Shown piece by piece: positions 19,287 to 28,056 of a stretch of DNA of 64,000 nucleotides. How positions within the stretch are numbered: position 1 is the stretch's first letter; every line of letters begins with the position of its first letter. Made by a program: the position numbers and the translations under genes. Source of the stretch: a virus; IMG/VR virus record IMGVR_UViG_3300013130_002194, positions 4,472-68,471 of that record. The stretch is one strand, 5' to 3'. Under the pieces are notes generated by a model, which saw only the letters and a list, made by a program, of their open reading frames with translations, did not search any database and was not told the origin of the DNA.

Positions 19287-19632
19287 GCTCTTTATACATC
19301 TTAATCTCTCTTTGCGAAAGTTCAAAATTGCGAGCCAGCATTTCTATGTTCTCATCTTCTTTAGTCTTTTCTTTCTTTACCTTTTTAAGGTATTCGATCT
19401 TCTTATATCGCATACGAGGTATAACATTAATAAGAAACTTATTTTGCTCATCCTTAGATAAACACATCCAATACCGATTAGATGTTTCATTGACAATAGT
19501 AGCAACTTCACCACTATGCATGCTCAACCACCTATTAATAAGAAAAAACTGATACTCCCGCTCTTCTTCAACAGAAATATCAGTCTTCTTTTTTAACGTA
19601 GTGATATTAGTGATAATATTAAAAATCGTCAT
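19279..19632 (-). CDS. gp62: Clamp loader small subunit-like
   Basis: IFNII..I, YQFFLINRWLSM, FL...IPR..Y...YLKK. Confidence 0.7.
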   Translation of the reverse strand: MTIFNIITNITTLKKKTDISVEEEREYQFFLINRWLSMHSGEVATIVNETSNRYWMCLSKDEQNKFLINVIPRMRYKKIEYLKKVKKEKTKEDENIEMLARNFELSQREIKMYKEHE

Positions 19633-20213
19633 TAGATAACCTTGCTAGTAGCAATAAAGATATCATCAGTCATCTTGTAGAAAGTCTCAACAACTCTCTT
19701 CATGAAGTCATTAGCCTGTTCATGAGTCAAGTTAGTAGAGAACGCAAAGGCAGGAGCCTTCTTACCAGCAGTAATATTAACAGCAGTATGACCAAGAGCA
19801 GCACCATTAACCAAGTGAGTAATACTAACACTAGCTTTACCTTTGGGTTGAATAATACCATGCTGGTTATGCTCAGCATGCACAATCAAGTCATCCCCAT
19901 CAACCTCAATAGGTTTATTGATAATAGCGTTGAGGATATTAGCAATCTGAGTATTAAAGAGACGCTGAAATGAAACAGCACCAAAAGCATCGATGTTAGG
20001 GATCTCCCAACAGAAGTTAATTGCGTCATCGCTATAAATGTAATCGTTATTAAGAATATCTTCAGTATCAATCATGCCTTCAGCCTCGACATGCATCGGA
20101 GCACGAAAAGCAACAATGTTACCAATAGGCAAGGTTCGGTCACGAAAGAACTTATAAGCAAAGCGCTTATGAATCAGGTTACCATCGTAGATCGGAATAT
20201 TATTCAGTATCAT
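19632..20213 (-). CDS. DUF366 family protein (class II aaRS/BPL-LPL fold)
   Basis: YDG..I...FAY..F...G.IVAFRAPM.V, IYSDDA.NF..E.P, FQRLF, DGDDL, K.SVSI, LGH.AVNI. Confidence 0.7.
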   Translation of the reverse strand: MILNNIPIYDGNLIHKRFAYKFFRDRTLPIGNIVAFRAPMHVEAEGMIDTEDILNNDYIYSDDAINFCWEIPNIDAFGAVSFQRLFNTQIANILNAIINKPIEVDGDDLIVHAEHNQHGIIQPKGKASVSITHLVNGAALGHTAVNITAGKKAPAFAFSTNLTHEQANDFMKRVVETFYKMTDDIFIATSKVI

Positions 20214-21589
20214 GCGTTGATTCTAATATATTTTTCAGCGAGTTCAACTGATACTTTTTCAAGTTTCAATTCTTCTAGAAGCTCTAAAATGCCAACTTCA
20301 CCACGCTTTGGGTTTCTGCAGTCATAGAAGTACAAATAATCGTTAATGTAAACTTCAGTTTCTGCGAAAGAAGGAATAGCCAAAGAATAAAATCTATCTT
20401 CTTGATCATTCATTTCTGGAAAAAGAATCTTCAAGGCAATAGATTTTTTAATTGGAGTCAAATGGTTAGGGCAACGATAGTAGGTTACAGGTTGAGCTGT
20501 ACCTTCAATAGTACCCATTTTGTGGCTCCAGTTCTTATGCTTCATTGTAATCTCAACACGTCTAGGAGTCTTACCATTGAAAGTAATAATACTATTAAAC
20601 CCAATAACATCAGGTTTAGAGTCAGTTGCTTTGAGAATTTTTTCGACATAGTTTTCAGATACCCAATCATCATCATCAATAAAAGCAATATACTCTCCTG
20701 AGGCATTATGAATTAAGTCGTTGCGCTTCTTTCCAATAGTTAACTCTCTATTGTCTTTAGCAACTAATATCTCTACTTCAGATGTTAGTTGAGATTTAAG
20801 TCTCGTTTTAAGACGCTCAAGATAGTTTTCTCTACCATTAACAGTACAAATAAGCAAGCTGAGTCTCTTGTAAGGCTTTGGAATAAATCTAGTATTCCAC
20901 TTCTCCTTGAAGATAGCATGCTGGTAATCCATATCACATAGCTTGCGATCTTCTGCCTTAATTGTACTATGAGACTTACTTAGCAGGTGATGAGCATGAG
21001 AGCTAGTACACAAACCATGCTTAATTTTATATGCATTGTATAGCTCAACAATATCATTGTCCTGATAATAAAACTCAAAACGCTCATCAAAGTTACCAAT
21101 GATATTAAAGAGCTTTCTTCTCACAATGAAGCTCCAACCAGTAAACTCATATGAAGTGCGTGTACCTATATGAAGTTCTTTTAGAGAACTAAACAAGTTC
21201 TCTGTGTGTCTATGCCATTTGCGATCTACTGGGCTAACAGACATTAACTCAGGATCAATCTCAAACTGTTTAGCAATAGCAGAGAACCAGTTCTTAGAGT
21301 AGATTACATCATTATTGGAAATTAAGACCAAATCATTCTTACATTCTCTTAGTCCAATGTTTAAGTAAAGATTATAATTAAACTTGGGTACTTGAGGGAT
21401 TACAAAATTAGCTCTAATTTGAGCTAATTTATCGGTGAAGAAAGATGAGATGTTTTTGTTTGATTCAACAACAATTACATTAAAGGTGTGTTGTATTTCT
21501 GAATCATGAATAGAATCAACTGTTTCCTTGAGCATATCAAACAGTTGATTGTTAACAGTATTGCTAAGAATAATTACATCCGTGACCAT
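20210..21589 (-). CDS. Two-domain GT2 glycosyltransferase
   Basis: N-domain FNYN..LN.G..SNNDV, FDERF..YYQDND; C-domain IGKKRN.L...ASGEYIAFIDDDD. Confidence 0.85.
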   Translation of the reverse strand: MVTDVIILSNTVNNQLFDMLKETVDSIHDSEIQHTFNVIVVESNKNISSFFTDKLAQIRANFVIPQVPKFNYNLYLNIGLRECKNDLVLISNNDVIYSKNWFSAIAKQFEIDPELMSVSPVDRKWHRHTENLFSSLKELHIGTRTSYEFTGWSFIVRRKLFNIIGNFDERFEFYYQDNDIVELYNAYKIKHGLCTSSHAHHLLSKSHSTIKAEDRKLCDMDYQHAIFKEKWNTRFIPKPYKRLSLLICTVNGRENYLERLKTRLKSQLTSEVEILVAKDNRELTIGKKRNDLIHNASGEYIAFIDDDDWVSENYVEKILKATDSKPDVIGFNSIITFNGKTPRRVEITMKHKNWSHKMGTIEGTAQPVTYYRCPNHLTPIKKSIALKILFPEMNDQEDRFYSLAIPSFAETEVYINDYLYFYDCRNPKRGEVGILELLEELKLEKVSVELAEKYIRINA

Positions 21590-22398
21590 AGGCTTTTAGA
21601 TTTAATATCCTTCAATCTTTGCAGAACTTCATCTTGAGAGGTATCAGAAATAGATACAGGGTCATCTTTATATATCAATCGGAAGTATTTTGCTCCATCT
21701 GCAATGTTCTTTTTCCAATCTGAACGTGGTCTAATTGTTGAATCATTTTCAGAGCAAGCAAGCTCTTCAAGAAAGTCGTTAGAATTTACAATGTCAGGCC
21801 ACCACCAATAGGCTGGCAAATACCCATTAATAACTGCTCTGTAACTATGCTCGACGTGCTCCCAAGCATTCAAAAACTTTTCATCAAATAAACCAATTCT
21901 CATTAGCAAATCTCTTGTGTAATAACAGAAACCACCAACACAATTTGGATTAAAAGCAATTCTCGTTGTGTTATACTCAACAACACAACGAGGGTTAGGT
22001 TTTTTATCTTTCTTATTGGCAGGTCCATGATACCCGTACATAAGATGCTTAATTCCAGATTCTTTACTAGCCTTAATATACTCATCAAAGACGTTAGCGT
22101 TTTTAATAAATATATCATCTTCAATTAAAAATATATCAGTACAGCCTTGATTGAGCAAATGAAGCATAGCTCTATTCTTGCTACGGCCAACACCAATATT
22201 ATTTTGATTCTTTAAATATGTTAAATTTTCATATGGGTCTAAGATTACTCCAGCTAGAGGCTTAGTCCCATCATCAATTATAACAGCTGTATCAATTCTC
22301 TTAAAAGGTATAGATTTAAGTACCTGATTAAGGAATACGGGGCGGTCACAGGTAATAATACCTAGTCCGATTTTTTGGTTTGTTTTAGTATCTATCAT
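21574..22398 (-). CDS. GT2 glycosyltransferase
   Basis: GIITCDRP, IDDGT, NIGVGRSKN, LIEDD, IGLFDEKF..AWEH. Confidence 0.85.
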   Translation of the reverse strand: MIDTKTNQKIGLGIITCDRPVFLNQVLKSIPFKRIDTAVIIDDGTKPLAGVILDPYENLTYLKNQNNIGVGRSKNRAMLHLLNQGCTDIFLIEDDIFIKNANVFDEYIKASKESGIKHLMYGYHGPANKKDKKPNPRCVVEYNTTRIAFNPNCVGGFCYYTRDLLMRIGLFDEKFLNAWEHVEHSYRAVINGYLPAYWWWPDIVNSNDFLEELACSENDSTIRPRSDWKKNIADGAKYFRLIYKDDPVSISDTSQDEVLQRLKDIKSKSLWSRM

Positions 22399-23089
22399 TT
22401 TGGCTGGTCCAGATTTGGATGTTAAAGCGATTGTTCTCCCATGGCATATTATTATCGCAAATTATCTCAGAGCAGGCATGATGCAATCTAGATGGGAAGA
22501 TACACAAAAAGTTATTCTTAAGAGGGTATTCATAGCATTTACCGTCATGCATAAACAATTGACTACCACCCTTAATGAGCGATTCATCTTGTACAAGAGT
22601 ATAAGACATGGTGAATAATGGAGTCATAGCAATTTCTTTACCATGTATTGATAAACCATACACTCCATCGTCTGAGTGCCAGTTGTAATAACCTCCATTA
22701 CCATAGCTAATAATATGGGTTCGACCAGTCAAACCAAAGCGCCCACCAAGTTGAAACTCTCTACTTTTGCATTGACTCATATACTTGAGAATGCCTTGAT
22801 GAAAAAAGAACTTATCAAGATTGTTTAGAGTATACCCAGCAGGGATATTTGCATCAGGTAACCATACATCACTACCCCAACACAAATGATTTAAATTATT
22901 TTTAGTGATGTCATAATCAGTAGAAGTATTCTGAAGCTTTGTAGCCCCATCACCAAATTTCCATACAGGTGTTCCAAAATACTGCCTGATATTAACTAGT
23001 TCTTGAAAAATAGAGCTAACAACAGCTCTTGGTAAGAAATTCTCAGCCCAAATGATTGGTGGGTCTGTTTCTTCATGCAGCACGAACAT
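22385..23089 (-). CDS. 2OG-Fe(II) oxygenase (prolyl-4-hydroxylase-like)
   Basis: Y..GGYYNWHSD (HxD), GG.QLF, IFPSRLHH (distal His), RFNI (2OG-binding Arg). Confidence 0.85.
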   Translation of the reverse strand: MFVLHEETDPPIIWAENFLPRAVVSSIFQELVNIRQYFGTPVWKFGDGATKLQNTSTDYDITKNNLNHLCWGSDVWLPDANIPAGYTLNNLDKFFFHQGILKYMSQCKSREFQLGGRFGLTGRTHIISYGNGGYYNWHSDDGVYGLSIHGKEIAMTPLFTMSYTLVQDESLIKGGSQLFMHDGKCYEYPLKNNFLCIFPSRLHHACSEIICDNNMPWENNRFNIQIWTSQNDRY

Positions 23090-23096
23090 ACATTTT

Positions 23097-23124
23097 ATTT
23101 TAAAGGCATAATTTGGATTTTCAA
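23097..23124 (-). promoter_or_regulatory. sigma70-like promoter TTGAAA-N16-TAAAAT, 7 nt before ATG 23089
   Basis: Direct reading of the reverse complement. Confidence 0.55.
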
Positions 23125-23150
23125 CTAATAAAAAATATATATCTAAGACT

Positions 23151-23837
23151 ATGTCACCTAAAAATCAAAAGGCATTTAATGTAGCAGAAAAGTATGAACT
23201 TTCTGGAAATCATAAACGTATTGTTGATGCTATATTAGACAGAGACAATAAGCTCATTTTTATTGATGGACCAGCTGGTTCAGCCAAGACTTATTGTGCT
23301 GTATTAGCTGCCTTGAAGCTTATTCAAAGAAAGAGTTTCAAGAGTATTCTATATTTAAGAAGCATTGCTGAGTGTTCTAGCCAAAAACTAGGCTCTTTAC
23401 CTGGTGAATTGCATGAGAAGATAGGTCCTTTTGGTGCTCCATTCTTGGAAAAGCTTAGTGAGATGATTTCAGAGGCTGCAATTACAAAGTTGGCTTCTGA
23501 AAGCGCTTTAGATATTCAACCTCTTAACTTTTTGAGAGGTACTACTTTTCATGATAAGGTTGTGCTGTTAGACGAAGCACAAAACGCTGAGCTTGATCAG
23601 CTTATCATTGTACTTACTAGATTAGGAGAACACGGTAAATTGGTTGTTATAGGGGATAGCAACCAAGTAGATATTAGAGATAAGAAGAGCTACGGTAACG
23701 TTGTAGCCAAGTTTAATAGTGAGGAATGTAAGAGTGTTGGTATTCAATCCTTCACTCTCACAGAAGATGATATTAAGAGAAGTAAAATCTTAAAGTTTAT
23801 TGTTAGCAAACTTAATGAAATTAAGTCTAACCGTTGA
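23151..23837 (+). CDS. phoH: PhoH-like ATPase
   Basis: GPAGSAKTY, LGSLPGELHEK, LRGTTF, LDEAQN, LTRLG, GDSNQVD, DIKRS. Confidence 0.92.
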   Translation: MSPKNQKAFNVAEKYELSGNHKRIVDAILDRDNKLIFIDGPAGSAKTYCAVLAALKLIQRKSFKSILYLRSIAECSSQKLGSLPGELHEKIGPFGAPFLEKLSEMISEAAITKLASESALDIQPLNFLRGTTFHDKVVLLDEAQNAELDQLIIVLTRLGEHGKLVVIGDSNQVDIRDKKSYGNVVAKFNSEECKSVGIQSFTLTEDDIKRSKILKFIVSKLNEIKSNR

Positions 23838-24045
23838 TATGAAACTTAAGAGCCTTGGAAATCTTCTCCATAATTTTCTTAGGATGATTTCCTTCTTTTA
23901 AAAGTCTATTATACTCACTTTTGAAGCATTTAATAAACTCTTCAGACAACTTTAAATTTCTTGGGTAAAATAATCGAGACTGTGTTCTTAATGGAGCATA
24001 GTTCTCGAGTAATTTATTGAAGTTGTTATTGAATTCTTTCATCAT
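23827..24045 (-). CDS. Small late hypothetical protein
   Basis: TAAATA then ATG 24045; MMKEFNNNFNKLLE N-terminus. Confidence 0.55.
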   Translation of the reverse strand: MMKEFNNNFNKLLENYAPLRTQSRLFYPRNLKLSEEFIKCFKSEYNRLLKEGNHPKKIMEKISKALKFHING

Positions 24046-24050
24046 AGTAT

Positions 24051-24266
24051 TTATTTTTTGCAATGAAAATTTAAAAACCAATTAGACTGCGCTTTTGTAT
24101 GAGCAGTAGCCTTTTTGGTTTTTAGTTTTCTAGCCTTGCTACAAGTCATCTTGCCTTTACCGAATTTCTTGGTAGCTTTAGCTTTAAGAGTTCCTTTGCC
24201 ACCCTGCGGAGTTGTGCGGGTGGTTTTTTCTAAAAGAGTAAAAAATCTCTTTTCGTACTTATTCAC
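24051..24266 (-). CDS. Small basic late protein
   Basis: TAAATA then GTG; K-rich, C-terminal NWFLNFH. Confidence 0.6.
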   Translation of the reverse strand: MNKYEKRFFTLLEKTTRTTPQGGKGTLKAKATKKFGKGKMTCSKARKLKTKKATAHTKAQSNWFLNFHCKK

Positions 24267-24271
24267 TAATA

Positions 24272-24988
24272 TTATTTATTCTTTTTAGCCTGTTTTGGCT
24301 CAGGTCTCGCTAAAGCTTCTAAAGCCTCAATGTCTTCCATGCCGAGATTTGAATCGTTAAAGATGTTGGCATTAGGGTCCATAGAGTCTCCATCAGCATC
24401 AAGATACAACTTCATTATCTGAATCCGCTCATTGCGCTCTCCAAACGTCTCAATAATAGGAGGTCTATCATCAGCATGGAAGTAGTTAGACTTTGGATTG
24501 TCCCTATTTTCCATTGCAAACACCTTGAAGAGGTTGTCAATCTCAACCCGCATAAAAGGATTTACATCTCTCATGCCATCGTCTACAATTTCAGGGGTTT
24601 TTGCTGCTCTTGTAATAGGTATATAAAAAATAATATCAATATATTTCAAGGCATCACGAACAACTGGAATACATTTCTTAATGAAGTCAAAATCAATATC
24701 TCCAACATTATGGTGGTAAGCCCACATAGAATAAACAAGATTATCTAGAGGGCAACGATCAAACAATATCTTGTCTCCCTTGTGAGTGGTTTCTAACTGC
24801 TTGACCATGAAGTCAAGAATAGTCTGTTGAGATTCTTTTGTAGTACTAGAGCTATGCGGAAGACTTTTTTCAACTAAAACATCTCTATAGCTCTTTTCTG
24901 GTGTTTTATAGTTGATCCACTCAGCAAGAAAGTCTTTAATAAGAGTAGATTTGCCCATGCAATGGGCACCGGAAATAGCAATTCTCAT
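24272..24988 (-). CDS. P-loop nucleotide kinase (AAA_28/dNMP-kinase-like), second paralog
   Basis: RIAISGAHCMGKST, FDRCPLD..VY, DDGMRD. Confidence 0.75.
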   Translation of the reverse strand: MRIAISGAHCMGKSTLIKDFLAEWINYKTPEKSYRDVLVEKSLPHSSSTTKESQQTILDFMVKQLETTHKGDKILFDRCPLDNLVYSMWAYHHNVGDIDFDFIKKCIPVVRDALKYIDIIFYIPITRAAKTPEIVDDGMRDVNPFMRVEIDNLFKVFAMENRDNPKSNYFHADDRPPIIETFGERNERIQIMKLYLDADGDSMDPNANIFNDSNLGMEDIEALEALARPEPKQAKKNK

Positions 24989-25029
24989 GATTTTAAATAT
25001 ATATTAGTTAGCATTAAAAATCTACTACA

Positions 25030-25194
25030 ATGAACAACCTGATAACTTTTGAGACTAAATGCTGGGAGCAAGATTGGAAATAGTTTTGAAAGAAGATCTT
25101 ATTCATATCTTTATAACAATTTAGATACTCAATTAATTGCGACAGATTTTAATCATTATTATTGCCACCACATTACTTTTCCTCCTAGAAACTA
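25030..25194 (+). pseudogene. Possible decayed gene remnant
   Basis: ATG 25030 gives MNNLITFETKCWEQDWK*, followed by a short out-of-frame protein-like segment; otherwise an unexplained 200-bp gap in a dense genome. Confidence 0.25.
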
Positions 25195-25469
25195 AACATA
25201 GGAGCCTCGTTGTAAAAAAACTTAACTGACTCAACATTGAGCAAAGTTTTAATTTTCTGTTTATCTTCTTGAGAAAGCAAAGTAAACATATTTCTATATG
25301 TCTCTTCTGCTAAACTAAAATTTTTTCTTTTACACATGCTACACTTTGTAGTTCTAAAAGAATTAACTACACCTAAAAAGCTTAAAATTTTAGTGCTTTG
25401 AAAATGAGTCTTGTTTGTTTCTAAGAAATCGAAAAACTCGTTAAAATTTTTAAAAGTTTGTTCACTCAT
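25185..25469 (-). CDS. Hypothetical protein with CxxC
   Basis: 94 aa, KCSMCK; overlaps the upstream gene. Confidence 0.55.
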   Translation of the reverse strand: MSEQTFKNFNEFFDFLETNKTHFQSTKILSFLGVVNSFRTTKCSMCKRKNFSLAEETYRNMFTLLSQEDKQKIKTLLNVESVKFFYNEAPMFSF

Positions 25470-25816
25470 ATTGCCTCTAGTTTCTTAATAATTAAATACA
25501 AACAATAAATTCCATACCAATAAAGAGGTATATAAAGAAAATTAGACACTATACCGACACTAAACAAAAGTATAGATGACCAAAAAGATAAACAAAACGG
25601 ACAAGCAAGTAAGCTAGTAATTATATTTTGATTTTCAGTTTCAAGAAACAACGGAAAATCTATACTGTTTAAGTTGCGTCTCCATCTTCTAACAACATCC
25701 AACCGATTAAAAGTAACAAAAGAGAGAATGTCTGGAATAAGACTTGTATCCTTCCAGACATATATTAACAACGAAAAAAAGATAACTAGACACGCACTTA
25801 AATCGAACAAGCTCAT
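25466..25816 (-). CDS. Small membrane protein with CPFC motif (DUF1360-like)
   Basis: Hydrophobic segments, LLACPFCLSFW. Confidence 0.55.
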   Translation of the reverse strand: MSLFDLSACLVIFFSLLIYVWKDTSLIPDILSFVTFNRLDVVRRWRRNLNSIDFPLFLETENQNIITSLLACPFCLSFWSSILLFSVGIVSNFLYIPLYWYGIYCLYLIIKKLEAI

Positions 25817-25837
25817 ATGACTAGTTATTTAGATTAT

Positions 25838-26569
25838 TTAAACTTTCAAGGCCTTGTTCCAAAGCACCAACTGCAATCGAGGACTAAAGTTGAAGCCGTG
25901 CTTCTTACAAACCTCTGCTACCCAAGGAGCAACTGCATTATGCTCATCACGAGAACCGCAACAAGGCATCAACCAAACACGATCTTCAGTAAGATTGAAC
26001 GGTTTAATATACTTCTCAATAATCTCTTCAACATCACTATCCTTCTGCACAACAAACTTAAAGAAAGAATAGATATCTGCATGAAACTTAATAACTTCTG
26101 GAATGTATCTCTTCTCAACTGGATCACCATTAGTTGATAACTTAGGAGAAACAGTAAAGGTAGCACCAATATGCTCCCAAAATGCATCAGGTTTAATTGT
26201 ACAGTTAGTCTCAAAATCAATGCCAGGATAGATATCATACTTATTAAGAAAGGTTTCAATAAACTCAATTAAAGCCTTTTGCTGAATAAGAGGTTCACCA
26301 CCAGTAATCTTAAGAACATGATTACTTTTCAATTTATTAATGTAATCATTATCTTCGAAGATCTTAAAAATCTCTTCAAAGGTTAGTTTATTCTTTTTAG
26401 ACCAGCTAACATAGCTATCACAACCAAACGGAGAATCAGGAGACTTAAACCCGATACAAGTCAAGTTACACATTGCCAGCCGCATGAAGATGCTAGGCCT
26501 ACCAACCAAATGACCTTCACCTTCAATCGTTTCAAAGACGAAGTCATCAGAGAGAAATAATGAACTCAT
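25838..26569 (-). CDS. queE: 7-carboxy-7-deazaguanine synthase (radical SAM)
   Basis: F.TIEGEG...G.PSIFMRLAMCNLTC...CDS, ITGGEPL, ETN, SPKL, KFVV, SPRLQ..LW. Confidence 0.92.
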   Translation of the reverse strand: MSSLFLSDDFVFETIEGEGHLVGRPSIFMRLAMCNLTCIGFKSPDSPFGCDSYVSWSKKNKLTFEEIFKIFEDNDYINKLKSNHVLKITGGEPLIQQKALIEFIETFLNKYDIYPGIDFETNCTIKPDAFWEHIGATFTVSPKLSTNGDPVEKRYIPEVIKFHADIYSFFKFVVQKDSDVEEIIEKYIKPFNLTEDRVWLMPCCGSRDEHNAVAPWVAEVCKKHGFNFSPRLQLVLWNKALKV

Positions 26570-26575
26570 AATTCA

Positions 26576-26603
26576 ATGATATAGGAATCACTCTTATGTT
26601 CAA
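26576..26603 (-). promoter_or_regulatory. sigma70-like promoter TTGAAC-N16-TATCAT, 6 nt before the queE ATG
   Basis: Direct reading of the reverse complement. Confidence 0.65.
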
Positions 26604-27295
26604 GCCCATTTGGTACCAAAGTCCCAGGTACTAGGACGATTCTTACCTCCGACTGGAACACCTTGCGGAGGAGCAACAGTCTGCTTAGGGGTAACCCTCA
26701 CTGGCTTATTTGTTTCATAAGGCTTAGCTTCAGTCTGCTTTTCAGACTTGGCAGGTGGTGCCCAGACAGGTTCAGCAGTCTTACCTTTCTTACCTTTGTC
26801 TTTAGCAGGAGCAACTACAGTTTCTTCAGCAATTTCTGCCACAGACACTTGAGTATTTTCAGCAGAATAAATAGCAGAGTTCTTCTCATGCTCAAACACC
26901 TCAACAGAGTGAGCGCGAACACGACCGCTAGTCTTATGCTTCACGTAGCTATCTGCAGCATTAAAACAATACTTGGCAAACATCTCAATGCCGACCCCTT
27001 CATCCATAACAACAATTGAAGCAGCTCCAGCCTTTTCAAGAGCCTCAAACTCCTTCATAGCAGGATCATTCTTAGCAAGAACGAGAGTATGATCAAACTT
27101 CTCCTGCAAGAATCCCTTAAATTCGTCAAAGTCTCCGAAGTCAACAACCCAATTGTTACCGTCAAGAGATTCAGCTGTAAACGTAAACTTGCCAACCAAA
27201 CGGTAACCGTGAATGAATCTGCAGTGGGACTTAGCATTAGGTTGACGGAATGCAGCGCTCCCGAGTTCAATAACCTTCGTGGAATAATATCTCAT
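26600..27295 (-). CDS. queD: 6-carboxytetrahydropterin synthase QueD-like, with low-complexity C-terminal extension
   Basis: SHCRFIHGY, WVVDFG, FDHTL, E.FA, VFEHEKNSA; likely start ATG 27295 (the ORF-track extension overlaps folE). Confidence 0.85.
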   Translation of the reverse strand: MRYYSTKVIELGSAAFRQPNAKSHCRFIHGYRLVGKFTFTAESLDGNNWVVDFGDFDEFKGFLQEKFDHTLVLAKNDPAMKEFEALEKAGAASIVVMDEGVGIEMFAKYCFNAADSYVKHKTSGRVRAHSVEVFEHEKNSAIYSAENTQVSVAEIAEETVVAPAKDKGKKGKTAEPVWAPPAKSEKQTEAKPYETNKPVRVTPKQTVAPPQGVPVGGKNRPSTWDFGTKWA

Positions 27296-27302
27296 ACTTA
27301 AT

Positions 27303-27361
27303 ATGTTATGAACTTTTTTCCTAGAATCAAGCCTTGACTTGAACGAATTTGTCTCTATAAT
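27303..27361. promoter_or_regulatory. Back-to-back divergent sigma70-like promoters for queD (TTGATT-N16-TAACAT, minus) and folE (TTGACT-N16-TATAAT, plus)
   Basis: -10 boxes lie 7 and 6 nt from the respective ATGs. Confidence 0.7.
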
Positions 27362-27367
27362 AGGCGT

Positions 27368-28024
27368 ATGAATGATGAGATTAGAGAGAAAAATTACCTC
27401 CTCCCGACTGCTAACAGTTCTATGACTCTGACAGAAGAGCAAAAGCTTGCTATTATCGACAAAGGCGCTAAGGCATATGAGGCGTTTTTGGATGCTCTTC
27501 GCATTGACTGGCGTAATGATCCGAATAGCTCTGGTACTCCTCGACGTGTTGCAAAGTCGTTTGTGTTTGATTTGATCTCGGGATGTTATGAGGCTCCTCC
27601 GAAGGTTACTTCTTTCCCTGCTGATGGGTATGATGGAATTATTTCTCAGACGAACATTCCATTGACTAGTATGTGTAGCCATCACCATTTGGCGTTTACT
27701 GGGTTGGTGCATGTTGCTTATATTCCTAGTCTTGAAGGTCGTGTTATTGGCTTGAGTAAGCTAAATCGTATTGTTGAGTTTTATGGTCGTCGACCTCAGA
27801 TTCAAGAAGGGTTGACAATGCAGATTCATAAGGCTATTAACGAAGTCTGTGAGCATAATAAGGGTGTTGCAGTTGTTGTTAAGGCTCAGCATACTTGTGC
27901 TTGTAATCGAGGTGTGAGACATCAAGGTTGTTATATGGTTACTTCTAAGCTATCTGGAGACTTCTATGACGATGAGAAGACTCGCAAAGAGTTTTACGAC
28001 TTCATTAAGATGGCTGAAGAGTAG
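27368..28024 (+). CDS. folE: GTP cyclohydrolase I
   Basis: TPRRVAK, SMCSHHHLAF.G..HVAY.P, GLSKLNR, RPQIQE.LT, HTCACNRGV. Confidence 0.95.
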   Translation: MNDEIREKNYLLPTANSSMTLTEEQKLAIIDKGAKAYEAFLDALRIDWRNDPNSSGTPRRVAKSFVFDLISGCYEAPPKVTSFPADGYDGIISQTNIPLTSMCSHHHLAFTGLVHVAYIPSLEGRVIGLSKLNRIVEFYGRRPQIQEGLTMQIHKAINEVCEHNKGVAVVVKAQHTCACNRGVRHQGCYMVTSKLSGDFYDDEKTRKEFYDFIKMAEE

Positions 28025-28056
28025 TCTTTATCTCTGACTGCAGTAAATAATATTGT

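Noticed and set aside
27296-27712. N-terminal 138-aa extension of the QueD ORF in the ORF track
   Set aside because: It is antisense to folE; a promoter and ATG at 27295 give a normal QueD start
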